Source: Tricharina praecox (lineage: Eukaryota). Taken from it: a stretch of DNA of 64,000 bases. How positions within the stretch are numbered: position 1 is the first letter of the stretch; every line of letters begins with the position of its first letter. Shown one piece after another: positions 34,437 through 47,628 of this stretch. Made by a program: the position numbers and the translations under genes. Under the pieces are notes generated by a model, which did no database searches, was not told the DNA's origin, and saw only the letters and a list, made by a program, of their open reading frames with translations. The DNA lies in assembly GCF_024521635.1 (NCBI RefSeq), contig NW_026250407.1:310001-374000 (forward strand), read 5' to 3'.

Positions 34437-36439
34437 TTTGGCAATTCCGCGGGAAGTCTGTCTGGCTCGCTCGCTCGATGGGGATCAGATCGAGTCATGG
34501 TGGGAACACGACACGACACGATATGGCCAACTGAACTGTGAGCTGAGCACATAGCGAAACGGGAATTCGAATGGCGGCAACACCAGCACCAGCAGCATCT
34601 AACGTTCGATATAGATGCCGTCTGCCGTGCCGGACGATCGCCCATCCACCCATCCACCCATCCACCCATCCGTCCCGTCCATCCATCGTCACGGAAGCAA
34701 CCGGTAGCTTTTGTAGACGGCGAACGAACGAACGCACGAACGAGCGAACGAAAGACTGCATCCGTCCGGGAATTCTGTATCCCGTTGTATATCTCTATAT
34801 ATTTTTGTTTTGCTGGGTAGCCGCCCGGAGCGCGTCGTCGTGGTCGTCGTGGTCGTCGTGGTCGTGGCCGGCCTTCGTCCTGCGCTCTTGCCCGCCGCCG
34901 CTGCAACAGTGGTTCCACCGACCGCCCGTGCCGTAAGACCCAGCATCTTGTGAATGTGGCCTCCATGCACAAACGCGGGGGGAGGAGCTCGACCACATCT
35001 TTTCCCCGCCACCCGTGCGGACCAGACGATGCTCGATCGAACCGTAGAGCATACGGTGCTACTCAGTCATCCATCCAACAATAGCATGCAACGCAACGCA
35101 GTCCTGTATATTACCGTCCTGTACCGTCCTATCATCCTGTGGCCGCGCTGACTCGACTCGACCGACAGTGGACAGTGGACAGTAGACACTGCAGCATGTG
35201 AAGGGAAAGGGAAAGGGAGAAAAGCTAGTCACCTAGTTAAGGACAGGCGGGCCGCCGGTTATATGTCTGGTCTGTCTGTCCCGGCCGCGCACGCACACGA
35301 CGCACACACACAGACCGCGGCCGATGCGGACGTCTTTGCAATCCGTTGAAAAGAATATTCCCGGAGTGGCTAATTTGCTGGCTGCTATGGTAGGTAAGCA
35401 GGAGGTAGGTAAGTCCTTAGGTTCCTAGGTATGGGATGAGGGAAATGTGCATGCGCATGCGCCGATGTGGATGTGCTCCTCGGCAGGTGTAGAGCACCGG
35501 CAACTATGTAGGTAGAGTACCTAGAGGAAAGTTTAGCCTGCGGTCTCAAGGTTCCGGATTCAGTTCAGTCCAGGCGCGCATCGCAGCAACAACAATAACA
35601 ACAACAACACGGGTAAGTATGATACCGGTACATGTGTATAGTAAATACAACCATGACCTGCCACCCAGTGCACCCACGGAGTTCGGACAAGCCTCCATGC
35701 TCTAGAGTGCAGGCCCATGGCGCGGAAGCGGGGGTGCCGCAGAGGGTTCGATCCGACTCCGTTCGTTGTTTCGTTCGCTCGTCCGGTGGTTGTCCGGTTC
35801 GTACGTACTGGTCAGGGCACAGGGCACAGGGCACAAGCACAGGGCCGCAGCTGTAGTCTGCAGTCTGCAGACGATCCGGCCTAGGTACCTATTGAAGCAC
35901 TGGGGACGGAGAGGACCCTCAGGCAACTTTTATAATAGATGAAAGACCGATTGTATTTGAGAAGAGAAAGACGATAATGCAAGAAAAGGGCCATCTGTGT
36001 TCTTCAGGTGATCCTCAAGAACCTCGCGAGTTGAATAGCGAGATCAGGACAAACAACGATGGAAAGCAATGAAAGCAATGATAGCAATGATGAGCAACGA
36101 TGATGAACAGACAAAGCAACCGGTCGACAAAATAAACAAGAGCTCTCCGAACGTTTGGCTCCACCAAATTTAGTCTAGCCAGGTCGGCGAAATTTCCCCG
36201 CTCGTGCGTCAGCCATGCCCGCTCTCAACGTGCTCTCAAATCGAATGACAACAACTATCTCCGCCCTCGGTCACACCCCCAACGCAGCTGGTCTCAACAG
36301 GTCCCAGTCTGTTCACAGCTTCTTGGCCATCGGTCTCACCCAGGTCTGTAGCTCCGAGTTGAAACGGACGCGTCAAGGCGTCGTTTTCGCTGGGTCCCAC
36401 ACTATTGACGTTTGCTGCCCGCTCGTTTCGCTGGCTGGC

Positions 36440-36622
36440 GAGAGACCCAAAAACGGTGAGGAACAAAAACGTGATCAATTGGACAACAAAGTGATGATCT
36501 GATGAGGGCCGGAGACCGACGAGAGGAATAACAGAAATAGTGGTAGCAGAAACAAATGAACGTTGAACGACCGCATCGAGTCTGCATCAGGTCCCACCAG
36601 GTCTCAATAAGGTCTCCTCTCT
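36440..36622 (-). repeat. Dispersed repeat family, copy A (inverted relative to copies B and C)
   Basis: Reverse complement shares AGAGAGGAGACCT, GGGACCTGATG, GATGCGGTCGTT, CAATTGATCACGTTTT and GTTTTTGG.TCTCTC, in the same order, with 37205-37468. Confidence 0.8.
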
Positions 36623-37204
36623 TCGACGCTCATCGATGACGCCAAGCCGTCTCTGCCTCCGCGCCCCTCACTGGCTGGCTGGCTGGCCGTCGGCGTCACC
36701 GAGCGAGAAACAGAGCGTTCAACGCCAACAGCAGCCTTGTGGAAGCAAGCGGTCGGCCCAGCTCGTCAGTTTTTATACCCACATCACTCGTCAACGGTCA
36801 ACCTAAGTACTCGGGTGTAAGGGTAAGTGCTGCCTCACTAGGTTTTCCCCCATACAACTTAGCGTTTTTCCGCCATACAGCTTAGTCACAGCCACTCACG
36901 CATCTCATTGTATCTGGCTTAGTGCAATCCTAATATAGACTAGTGCTTATAATTCGTAATGGTGGTGAGGCACCACTTATTGGCAGCTCCTGGTACAGTA
37001 CATAGCCGCCGCCGCTACTCTATTCTGCTCTATGTATTGTACTCTGCTCTATTCCATCTAAACGTTCCACCCCTTGCGAGTTTGCTGAGGGAAAGGGGGG
37101 GGGGGGGGGGTTTCAAGCTTCCAGGCTTCCAGAACCACTCCAGGATGGACTCGGACTATGGTTGTGGTGAGGGGTGCGAAGGAAGAGGCGGCTTGGAACC
37201 ATCG

Positions 37205-37468
37205 GAGAGAGGAGACCTGGTTGAGTCCTTGAATTTGGGGGGAGAGGCCCTGATGGGACCTGATGGGACCTGTGTGTTATGGAGGTAGGACCCGACGCAG
37301 GTTTGATGCGGTCGTTAAACGGTGAACTATTTTTTTCTCTTGTCACTGGTTATTTCTGATCTTCCTGTCCGTCTTGCTTTCTTCTCATCATCATCATCAT
37401 CACCATACTACATAGACCTCTCTTCAATTGATCACGTTTTCGTCTCTCCGGTTTTTGGATCTCTCACT
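37205..37468 (+). repeat. Dispersed repeat family, copy B
   Basis: Colinear motif blocks shared with copy A (inverted) and copy C (52805-53075). Confidence 0.8.
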
Positions 37469-40400
37469 ACCTACACTCTAATACCGTACCGTATCCCGCG
37501 AACCAATCGTCACCGGCACGAAACATTCGAAACCCGCGGGACCATGGCACAGAAGGGGGTGGGGTGCACCGGGGGGAGGTTTCGAATTACAGGATCTCCT
37601 CCAGATAGCCGGGGGGGCTGCTGCTGCTGCCCCGCGATATCCTGCCAGCCAGAAACACCATCGATCATCACAGCTACGGTACATACTCAAGCTAGCCGAT
37701 CGGGGAGCGTGTTCTGCGACGCTGCGACAGTGCGGCGGCACGATGTGATGGGTATGTAGGGCCAAAATTGCAACCAGAAAGGAAAAAGAAGCAAAGAAAC
37801 CCCCCCCCCTTCCTTCCGTCCTTCCTTCCTTCCTCTGGCCGAGGGGGGCGGTTCCTTCGCTTACGTGTCTCGGGCCTCGCCTCCGTTTATCGAGATCACA
37901 TACAAAACTCAACCGACCCTGATTTTCCAACAGCTGCTGCACGACATGCGTTCTCGAATCGAATCGGTGGGGTGGGTGTGTCAACTACTACTATCTAACT
38001 AACAACCTAGTACCTAACGGCATGAAGGGCTACGGATGCCCGATTCGGACGCGAGAGAGGGCACCATAGAGTTCGGTAGATGATGAATCCCCGTCCCTTC
38101 GGATGTCGGTTCTGAATGCGTTCTTTGCGTTCTCTGCCCTCTGGGGTTTGTCATCGTCCGACACCGCGGAAGGGGGGGTTTGGCGGAGAAAGAGAAGGGG
38201 ACGGACAGACAGACGTGTGTGCGGCTACCGCGTGCCGAGCACCGTTCGGTGCCCAACAGAACGCAGAGTGGGTAGATAGATAGGTAGTGCTGATGGAATC
38301 CCGGCTGAAAGAAAAGAGGAGAGTGGGTGGTGGGTGGTGGGTGGTGCATAGTGACGTACGCATTATTATTTTTGCTAGAACACGCAGTGACGGAGCACCA
38401 GTGTTTCGGTCCGGCCTTTCCTTTCCTTTTGGCGAGGGACGATTGGCTCGCCACGATATGGTACTCAAGAATTGTGGACCGGCCAGCTGAACTTCAACTG
38501 GAGCGGATCGGTGTCTCTTCCCCAATCGAGGAACTGATGATTCGCGAAAAACTGCTTCCTGCTGCTGCTGCTTTACCGACGATGGATGCCTCCCTCGCTT
38601 CCAGTCGCTTCAATGCATGCAAAAAAAAGCAAAAAAGCAAAAAAATAAAAAGGAAGCGTGAGTACCATACTCTACTCCTAGTGGTATGCTCCACTCTAAT
38701 TACTTTGCATGGAGGAAGTACTTAGCTAACTACCATTCACCATGGCCAGCAGCAGCAGCAGTCAGCAGCAGCAGTCAGCAGCGGCCCCACGATGCAGACA
38801 GGTATTAAGATGTCCCCTATCCAAGGAGGCCAACAGCAACGACAGCACGCGTCGGGTTAAATCCAAACACTTCCCCGAGCTTGCGCCCACTCCTGTTGAT
38901 TTGCCCGTCCGTTGATGGTGAAGGAAGGGGAGCGCGTGCTTTCCTGCCTGCTGGAGTTGGGCTGCCCATGCGACCATGCGACATGCGACATGCGACACTG
39001 TACCGGAAGGCGCCGGTGTTTGTTCGGTGGGTCGGGCGTTCGTTCGGTCGTTCGTTTGGTCGTTCTTTCAGGTGCGATGGGTGCGATGAGGGTTTCGAAG
39101 ATACGCATGGAGGAGGAGGAGGAGGAGGAAAGTGGTCTCATGCTTCGCGCTGCCGTCTACTCCGTGACTTGTGCGAGTACATACGACGGTGGCTACGTCC
39201 TCGGCGATGGTAAACTTCACGGCATTGCACCCTCCCCATCATGTGGCTGTCGTCAGCGCTTCGCCGCTCGGGGCACCTCGATGCACGGCCACGGCAGGGA
39301 TGCAGAGACGAGGGGAAGCAGCAACCGGAGTGGGTGCATGTGGTGGTGGTGGCGGTGGTGGTGCGTTGGCTGGCTGGCTGGCCGGCGATGGCCATGTACC
39401 ATACCTACTCTACGGTACTCTACATGTTCTACTCTACGGGGTGGGCAGCGGAGACGGGCGATGGGCGGTCAGTCAGTCGGTCAGTACATGGTTGGTCTCA
39501 CGGTCAGATCACCGAAAATAAAATAAAAAGGCCGGCAGATTTTTAATCTCTTCTCTTCCAACGGAACCAACGGGGAGGGGGGAGGGGGGCGCACCACTCG
39601 CTTCGGACATCTTCGGCTATGCTTCCAGCATAAAGTGTGATTTACTCTACCCAAGTATGTACTCTACATACTCGACATAAGCATCTCGGTTGAAATTATA
39701 CGAGTGGAAGGTAGGAAGGCAGGAAGGAGGGAAGGAGGGAGAGGTAAGTGATTATGTATGTAGGAGGAAGGTAGGAAGATAAAGGGGAGGGCGGCAGGCA
39801 GGGCAGGGCAGGTAGGAGGATAACTATGGAACAATATATCTGCGGAGCGGCAATAATACTTCGATCTCGCCAAACGACGGTACATGCGTATCGATCATGC
39901 GCGGCCCTCCATCCACCATCCATCCACCATCTATCCATCCTCTCTCTCCCCTGGATCTGGGGACTTTGGCGATGAGTAATGCGGTGGGGCGCGGACTGGA
40001 TCCGGATCCTCGAGCTGGTGGTAGGTATGGTATGGTATGGTATGGTACATACCTGGTACCCACCCACCTCCCTCGTCTCGTCTCCTCCCGTTCCCACCCC
40101 CGAATCGATGTGTGCTGATGATGATGATGATGAGGGTGTGAGCGAGGGAGGGTGGGAGCGAGGGAGTACGGGCAGCTGCTCGAGGCAACTCTAATAAAAA
40201 TCCCGCGCGCGTTTGCCCTGGAGACGAGGATTTCGGATCCGACCGCAGCCCCCAGGGCCCACACTGGCAGCGGGATCCGGATCCCCGACAGCTATTGCCG
40301 CTCTCACTCGCTGCCGTGGGGGACGAGGGGAATATTCGAAACTTCAGCAAGTGCAAGTGGGTTCGAACGCTCATCTCGCATTCCTCGTCGTCGGAGCTGG

Positions 40401-42684
40401 ATGGATATCCTCCCCACCCTCCCCTTTCCTCACGGGCGGCAAAGTCATTGATTGGTCGACGTTGGCCGGTGTGTGATTTTGACTGTTTATTTTTATTTTT
40501 ATTGTCATTATTGTCATTATTATTGTTATTATTGTTATTATTATTGTCATTTCTACCGCTGCCCCCAGTTTCCGCGAAGGAGGTGTGGTCTGGCTGGCAT
40601 AATCGACTAGGGGGGGTGGATGGCTGTCATGGCCAATCCCTTCCAGAAGGTTTCCTCTTCACGACTAGGAAGGAACGAAAGCCTCAGCCAAGGCCAGCCG
40701 ACTCGCCTCGCAGGGAAGCTTTCGCGAGGCAGACACTGGGCGCCTCCCTCAGTACTCTACATACTTTTAGATGGGGGGAGGGTTTTCGGATCCAACCATG
40801 CCGGTTTGGCGGGGGGTGCGAGACTGCCAACAGGAAGGAAGGAAAGGACTCTCTCGGACGTCGGTACAGCTGGTGCTCAGTGGGAGTGAACGCCAGATGG
40901 CTCAAGACGGAGGTCGTATGGAGGGTGTATGCAACGGCAAATGGGTGAGGCACGAATGGGTACGGTGTGGTGTGGGGGTGCAAGTGCGAAGCCACGAACG
41001 TCCGTCGAGAAAACTGCTTCGAGAAAACTGCTTCGAGGGATTTCCGGAATCGCAGAGCAAAAATAATAGAGCGGAACCGAAGAAAAAACACATTAACTTT
41101 TCCAGAGCGATACGGAAAAAGCCAAAACGAAAAAAGGAAAGGCAGAAGCGAAGAAAGCGAAAAGGGATAAACGAGAGGCGAAAAGCGAAAGGCGAAAGCG
41201 AAAAAAAGCGAAAATTGAATAAATACAACGGCTCGATATAATCGGCGGCTCGAACAACCATCATATTAACCAACCATAACACTCTCGCTCGCGGAGTTGA
41301 AACCGACGACCGTTTTCGCTTCTAGGAATCTATCTGATTCTACCCAACCACCACGCTCCATTTTTAGATTGACACACACCCACACACACACAGCTCGCAA
41401 GCAAGCAAGCACACTGGTGCGGATTCGCGATGCAGGGTGACGAATTGCTCTTGCTCAAAGTTCAGCCACGATGTGTCCGGTACATACATACATATCATAT
41501 CTACATATCATACATAACCGACACCTTCCTAACGGACCAGACTCCACATGGAACTCTACACGGACTCTGGTGTGGTTACATAGACCCTATGTAGAGCATC
41601 AGGTATTCTCGGCTTCGCTACGTGACCAGACCAGACACCCAGAAAACTAGACCAGAGGCGCAGGAATACATCATAGAGTACATGCATCCGGTCTCGCGAC
41701 ACCCACCCACCAGCGGCACAAGCCGCGGTCGCTGTGGATACTCTATCATACTCTACCTGCTCGCTCACTCACTCACTTATAAACCAACTTACCAACTTAC
41801 TCGATGTACGACACCGTATGCTCATTGTCGATAGTTATCGATATCCATAGCGTACCACACATACGTTCGAAGGAGGAAGTGGGTAGAAGGGGGTGGAGGT
41901 GGAGGTGGAGATGGACGGTCGACCGGAAGTCAAAAGTCCAAGACGCTTCTCTCTCCTCCTCCTACATCATCCCATCAGCTGGACCCTGGCAGAGGACGCG
42001 ACTACTACCTTTACATACTACTATTACAACACTACAGCACTACAATACCAGTATTGTAGTATTGTAGTATGTAGCACTGCTCATCCTCCCCATGCAATGT
42101 GCACGGCTTTGAGTGCATGGCTTTGAGACTTGAGTGTCTTCTGTGTGGAGTGCTTGGTTAGGTGCTTCCGCCGATCGTATGTACTATACGTGTCGTCGTT
42201 CTCCGCCCCCGCCCCCGCTGCCCTCATTTATTGGAAGACCCACGTTGGCCGTTCCCGCCTCCGCACTTTTCGTTTCGGTTTTTTTTGCGTTCGTTCGTTC
42301 GTACGCAACCGTTGCTCGACGTGAGGGGGTGGCGGTCGATAGTGCCTGTACTCTACTCTAGCCGTCTGGGGAGTCCACCCCCCCTCCCCCTCCTCCCGTG
42401 CCGGCTCACTGGGTCTCGGACTCTCACGCGTCGTGACTTGTTCGATCCCGCAACGGCCAGATCGTGGTATTCGTGGTTCCAGTTCCGGATACCTCTTCCT
42501 GTCCGTGCTCGGCGGCCCCTTCTCGTTCGAAAGAAAGAAAGAAAGAAAGGAAACCCCGAAACATGCCCTAGGTATTTCGCACCATCCGAGTCGAATGCAC
42601 GGCCAAGTATGTAGCCAGCGAGCCAGCGAGCCAGCGAGCCAGCTGCAGGACGCAGACTTTAGTTAGGCCAGGGGGAAAAAGGTT

Positions 42685-42730
42685 TCTTCCTTCTTCTTCT
42701 TCTTCTTCTTCTTCTTCTTCTTCTTCTTCT
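42685..42730. repeat. (CTT)n microsatellite
   Basis: About 14 CTT units. Confidence 0.9.
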
Positions 42731-42951
42731 TTTGCTTCCTTCGCCTCCGTTGGCCCTTGAAAGTTTACGTTAGAGCGAGCAGCAGGGAGGATGGCTTTTG
42801 GAAATTGGGGTAAGAACGGACTTTCCAACTTTACCTAAGCACTTTGTACCCGCCTCGTCGTTGCGTTTTAATGTTGATCCTTTAATCCCAAATAATTCTG
42901 GCTTTTTTTCTTTTCTTTTCTTTTCTTTTTCTTCTGCCCGAGTGCGCTCGT

Positions 42952-45476
42952 TATAAATTATAATTGCTTGAATTTATCACCCTTAATCCTTTTCTCTTAC
43001 CCCATAATCTTTTTTTCTTTTGCTGGCATTGCATATTTTTGGGACTTGACTTGTTCTCTGCCCCCCGACACACCACACACACACTCACACACACACTCAC
43101 TGACACACACTCACTTCTTCTCCGCTCGACCTCGCCCATCTCCCCGGTTTGCATTTCGCTCGCCTGAGAGACCGTTCTCATTTTCTCCACTGCCAACTAA
43201 CTTACGCTGCCGCTGTCGCCTCTTTTCGTTTTCTCTCGGTTCTGCTTGGGCTTTTTCCTTCCTCCTCCTACTCCTCCTCCTCACCCTCCTCACTCCAATC
43301 CTCGCCCTTTTGCCCCATCCAGCCTCCATTCATCTCGTCGTCCGGTCTTCTTCCTCTTCTTCCTTTTCTTCTTCCTCCAACCCTCTCCGTCTGCTGATTG
43401 GGTCGATTGCACGCCACATTCCTTGCTGAGCCTCAAACCGAGAAAAAATTAAAAATCCCGGGAGGGGGCGCGGCTCTTCTCTTCTCGTTCGTTCGTTTTT
43501 CTCTCTCTTCGGCTGCTGGGCGGTGTGTTCTTCACTTCCGTTGTTGCCCTTTACTCGCCTGTGTGCCCGTCGTCGCCAACGATTCGACTGTAACCCACCT
43601 TGACGGCTTCCCGAGCTTGGCCCCCAGTCCGTCCCCTTCCTTTAGGACCGTTAAGCCGAGCGCGCTCAGTTCCCTGGTAAGCAATTTCATCCGCTAGAGT
43701 GCCTTGCTGCGTGCTTCTGCTTCTGCTGCTTCTGATGCTGCTGCGTGCTGCTGCTGCTGCGTGCTGATTCTTCATCTTCATCTGCTTCTGCTTCTTCCTG
43801 CTTCTTGATTCTTGCTTCCTGCTGTTCTAGCGGCTTCCTGGTGGTCGCTGCGCCCTTTGCACATATACCTACGCCTATTCGGGCTTCCATACAGTAGAGA
43901 TACCATTCCGTTTCGTTCTCCGAGGATGCTCTTTGCCTTCTCCTCTTGCCGAGGCCACTTTCAGCAACACATCGTACATACCGCCGGCACGTACGCACAT
44001 CTCGCGTATCCGCATTTGACGCGATTCACACGTTGAGGGAAAACGAAGCGGAAAATACCGTCGTCAGTAGATCGTCCTCCAGCATCTCGGGCCACATCTT
44101 ACATCTTCCACTGCCTGCCTGCCTGCCTTTTTCTCCCTTTTCACCCCTTCCACCTCTTCAACCTTTTCACCTTTACACTTTCCCATTATTGTTGTCATTA
44201 TTATTCTTTTATTCTTTTCTTCGTCGTGGCCGCTTTCCGCCCGCAATCTGAGTTTGAGTCGAGAAAGTGAAAGTTGGTCTAGCCCAAGAGATAGCTAGCC
44301 CTCAATCGTCTCCGTCTCCGTCATCGCCGCCGCCGCTTCCACTCCACTCCCACTCCACTTCACTCCACTCCACTGCACTCTGTTCCACTCCACTCCACTC
44401 CTCCAACTCCCATTCCACCTCACACACCCACCCTGGTAATCCCCCACACATCGTCTTCATCTTCATCTTCCCTCACGCACTTTCCTTCCTCCCAATCAAC
44501 CGCCCTGCTCGCCTCGTTTTCCCTGCCCATCCGCCTATCTGCCCGTCGTGTGAACCCTTCTCGCTGTCTTCTTCTGTCTCTGCTTGTAAACCCTCGCCTT
44601 TTTTCCCCGGACGGCTGGTCTCTGCCCGTTCCGAGCGCACGCACCACCCGCTATCCCCCCTTCATTTTCTTTTTTGGCTGTTTGCCGTGGCCCGCCGCCA
44701 CCAACACGCACACGCAGCATCTCCCAGACCCATACCACGTCCCCCCCTCCCCCTCCCTCCCCACCACCGCCGAGCACTCTGCTCCACACAGCAAGACCGA
44801 GACATTCGTTCGACCTCGTCGCCCGCCCAATTCTCATTCGCTAAACGTTGGCGCCTTTCCAGAACTGCTCGCTTACATCGTCGGAACTCTCTTCGTCTCT
44901 GATCGGCTTTTTCTTTTTTTTCTTCAACTCCGGTCTCCACCAAAAACCCACCCATCCCCCCCCCCCCCCCCCCAGTTTCCCGTGGCGGACTTCTCCTACC
45001 CTAAATTCAATCCTACCCGGTCTACCAACCCTCGAGTATTTATTTCTCCGAACCTGGCCCTCCACACCCCGACACCTGTCCTCGACATAACACCACCACA
45101 CACCCCCCTCCCTCGCCATCCACACCTTCAAACCACCAAACACCATCTCGACCTCAACCACACCGCCACCTCCTCCAACTAACCTCGCCAACCACCATCA
45201 TCGCCATACTCATTTCAACCTCCTGACACTTCACGCTAAGCCTTTCAACATCATCGATCTTCATCGCGACACTTGATCTTCATCCCCGCCCACCACTAAA
45301 CCGATCGCAAGAGAGAGAGAGAGAGAGAGAAAGATAGAGAGACAGAGAGAGAAAGTTAGAGAGACAGAGAGAGAGAAAGAAAGAAGAAAAAGAAAAAACT
45401 TCCCCGTAAACAAAAACAACAGCAAGCTGGAATAAAGCTTTAACTCGAGCACAGCTGTTGGACTCTTGAGTTCACA
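42952..45476 (+). promoter_or_regulatory. Putative TATA box plus very long pyrimidine-rich 5' leader of the C6 transcription factor
   Basis: TATAAA at 42952 is followed by CT-rich sequence. I found only two + strand ATGs (43735, 43926) before the CDS start at 45477. Candidate donor GTAAGC at 43677. Confidence 0.5.
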
Positions 45477-47628
45477 ATGATCATGGTGGAATTCGACCGA
45501 TCCAACAACAATTCCCAACGACCAGCAGCAGGCCACTACTCGACGGCTCATCAGCCTCATCACGGCTCGCCGCATCTGCACCACCTCGATCGCCCTTCTG
45601 CACATTCGACTCCGTCGCCGCCCTATCAGTATGCAGCCTTACCTCACCTCGCTGCTCAACCGGCCTCCCATTCCATGAGGCAGACTCCAACCTCCTATCC
45701 TTCTCCCGCCTCTTATCCATCGCCTTCAATGTCAGCGGTGGCGTATCCCTATCCTCCTCAGCAGGCTCCTCAGCCATCGTCGCGGGGGTCGCCGTACGCT
45801 CAGGCATCGACCATCAACCTACCACCAATCAGGTTGAACCCACCCGCTTCTCAGCACGCGCAGCCACCGCAGCATGAGGGCTCTCCTCATCTCGGTTCTC
45901 CACTGCCGCCACCTATGCATGGCTACTACGCTCACGCGCTACCTCCTCCGGCGGTTTCCCACGCGCATATCACGTCTTCGCCCATCCACCAACCACACCA
46001 ACAGCCACTTCGGTATCCCCTACCCTCCGTGGGAAACCAGGAACGCATCATGTCCGGTGGTAGGCACAAGAAGGAGATTAAGCGCCGGACGAAGACTGGC
46101 TGCTTGACCTGCAGGAAGAGGAGAATAAAGGTAAGCCTCTCCTTCCATTCTCTCTTTCCCTCCCAGGCATTTTTGTTAGCGGCGTACCTTGTCATGGCCT
46201 GCGGACCGAATGAACCCCTCCCATCGAATCATGTAATTATTAAAACAAAAATGAAACTAACCGTATCATCCGGCATAGTGCGACGAGGGCCATCCTACCT
46301 GCAAGAATTGCCAGAAGAGCAAACGTGACTGTCTGGGTTACGATCCCATCTTCAAGTCACAGCCCGGGCCTGCAGCCATTCAACCGGCTCCATCGGGAGG
46401 TTCTACTTCCCTTCCCCCCATGTCTGGGTCTCCCAGCTCCTATTACCCCATGTCCTCGGTCGGACAGAACTATCAGACACTCTCGACAGCAAGCTCGCCA
46501 GCTTCCTCCTGCGACCTGTATGACTACCCACAGATAGATCCCGCCCTTGACTCGGCTACGAGCCACCCCCACAATTCGGCACCACCTAGTCTTCCCGACC
46601 TCCAGGTGTCCTACCGTCCCGATCTTAAGAGGCCTCTGGATCGCACTAGTCCGTTCTCTTCCGCTTCTGATGCCGGTACCACCCGAACGCCATACACTCC
46701 GATACCACGTTCTGCCACCCCGGGCCAGCACCAAGACATGCAGGGAAGCACCGCTAAGCGCATCAAGATTGACGATTTGTTGTCGGTGGGCTCATCGCAG
46801 CCGCTCAGCCCACCAACGAGTGAGCTCGCCACCAATGTTTCCCCTCCTTCCACTTCGGTCGAGAGTATGATGACCATCTACTTATCTCGCTACGCGCCCG
46901 CGTTGGACCTTTTCCTGGAGGTTCGGTGGTTCAGTGAGAGCGGGTTGCGGACGCTTCGTTCCGACAGCCAGCTGGCGGAGCTCATGGCGGAGGTTTTCGA
47001 GAGGCTCAAGGCTCGCGGGGGATCTTACTACGAGGATGAGGACCCTCTGATCCACAAGAGCAACAGGGATACGGATCTCCTGTGGGCTGCTGTGAGGCTC
47101 TGTTACGGCACCAGGATACCGGTTTCGGACAATCGCCGTGACGAGGAGCTCGGTGCGGATAGGATGGATGACGACGAGTGCACGGAAGCCTACCGAAGGA
47201 TCAACATTCTCGAGAATTTGGTCTCTCAAAAGTCCGAGTGCACCCCGGCTTCTCCCAGGATTCCTCCGAGCGACAAGCCTAGTGCGACGGCCAAAGGAAG
47301 TCAATTCTGGTTCCTCTTGGAGCAGCTCTCAACCTTCAAGGCTACCGGTGCGGACGCGGAGGCGCAGGTGTACGGGCTGCTGGAGGAATGCAGGATGTAC
47401 GTGGAAGGCAAGCAGAATCGAGAGTTACTGCATGCCATCGCCGAGATTCGCCACCTACATGGCGAGGGATCGAGGGAGCGAAGCGACGCTCTCAAGGAAT
47501 ACGTGCAAGCCATCGCAACCGACAGATCGTTGCCCATCGTGCTTCTGGATCGTCGGATTGCTGGTCGCGCCATGGGACGGTGGATGTCGCCCGTTAGGGA
47601 TATCCCCTTTTGCATGCCCGCAGTTTGA
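45477..47628 (+). CDS. Zn(II)2Cys6 transcription factor (possibly McrA-like), 2 exons
   Basis: P/Q/H-rich N-terminus, then IMSGGRHKKEIKRRTKTGCLTCRKRRIK|CDEGHPTCKNCQKSKRDCLGYDPIFK (intron 46131-46278). The orthologue name is from memory and unverified. Confidence 0.93.

Noticed and set aside
33776..34996. 406-aa minus-strand ORF and other long ORFs in the 28-45 kb region
   Set aside because: They are low-complexity translations of simple repeats, with no domain motifs or codon bias.
36499..36540. Hammerhead ribozyme core (CTGATGA)
   Set aside because: There is no properly placed GAAA after a stem II, and the motif is not kept in the other repeat copies.
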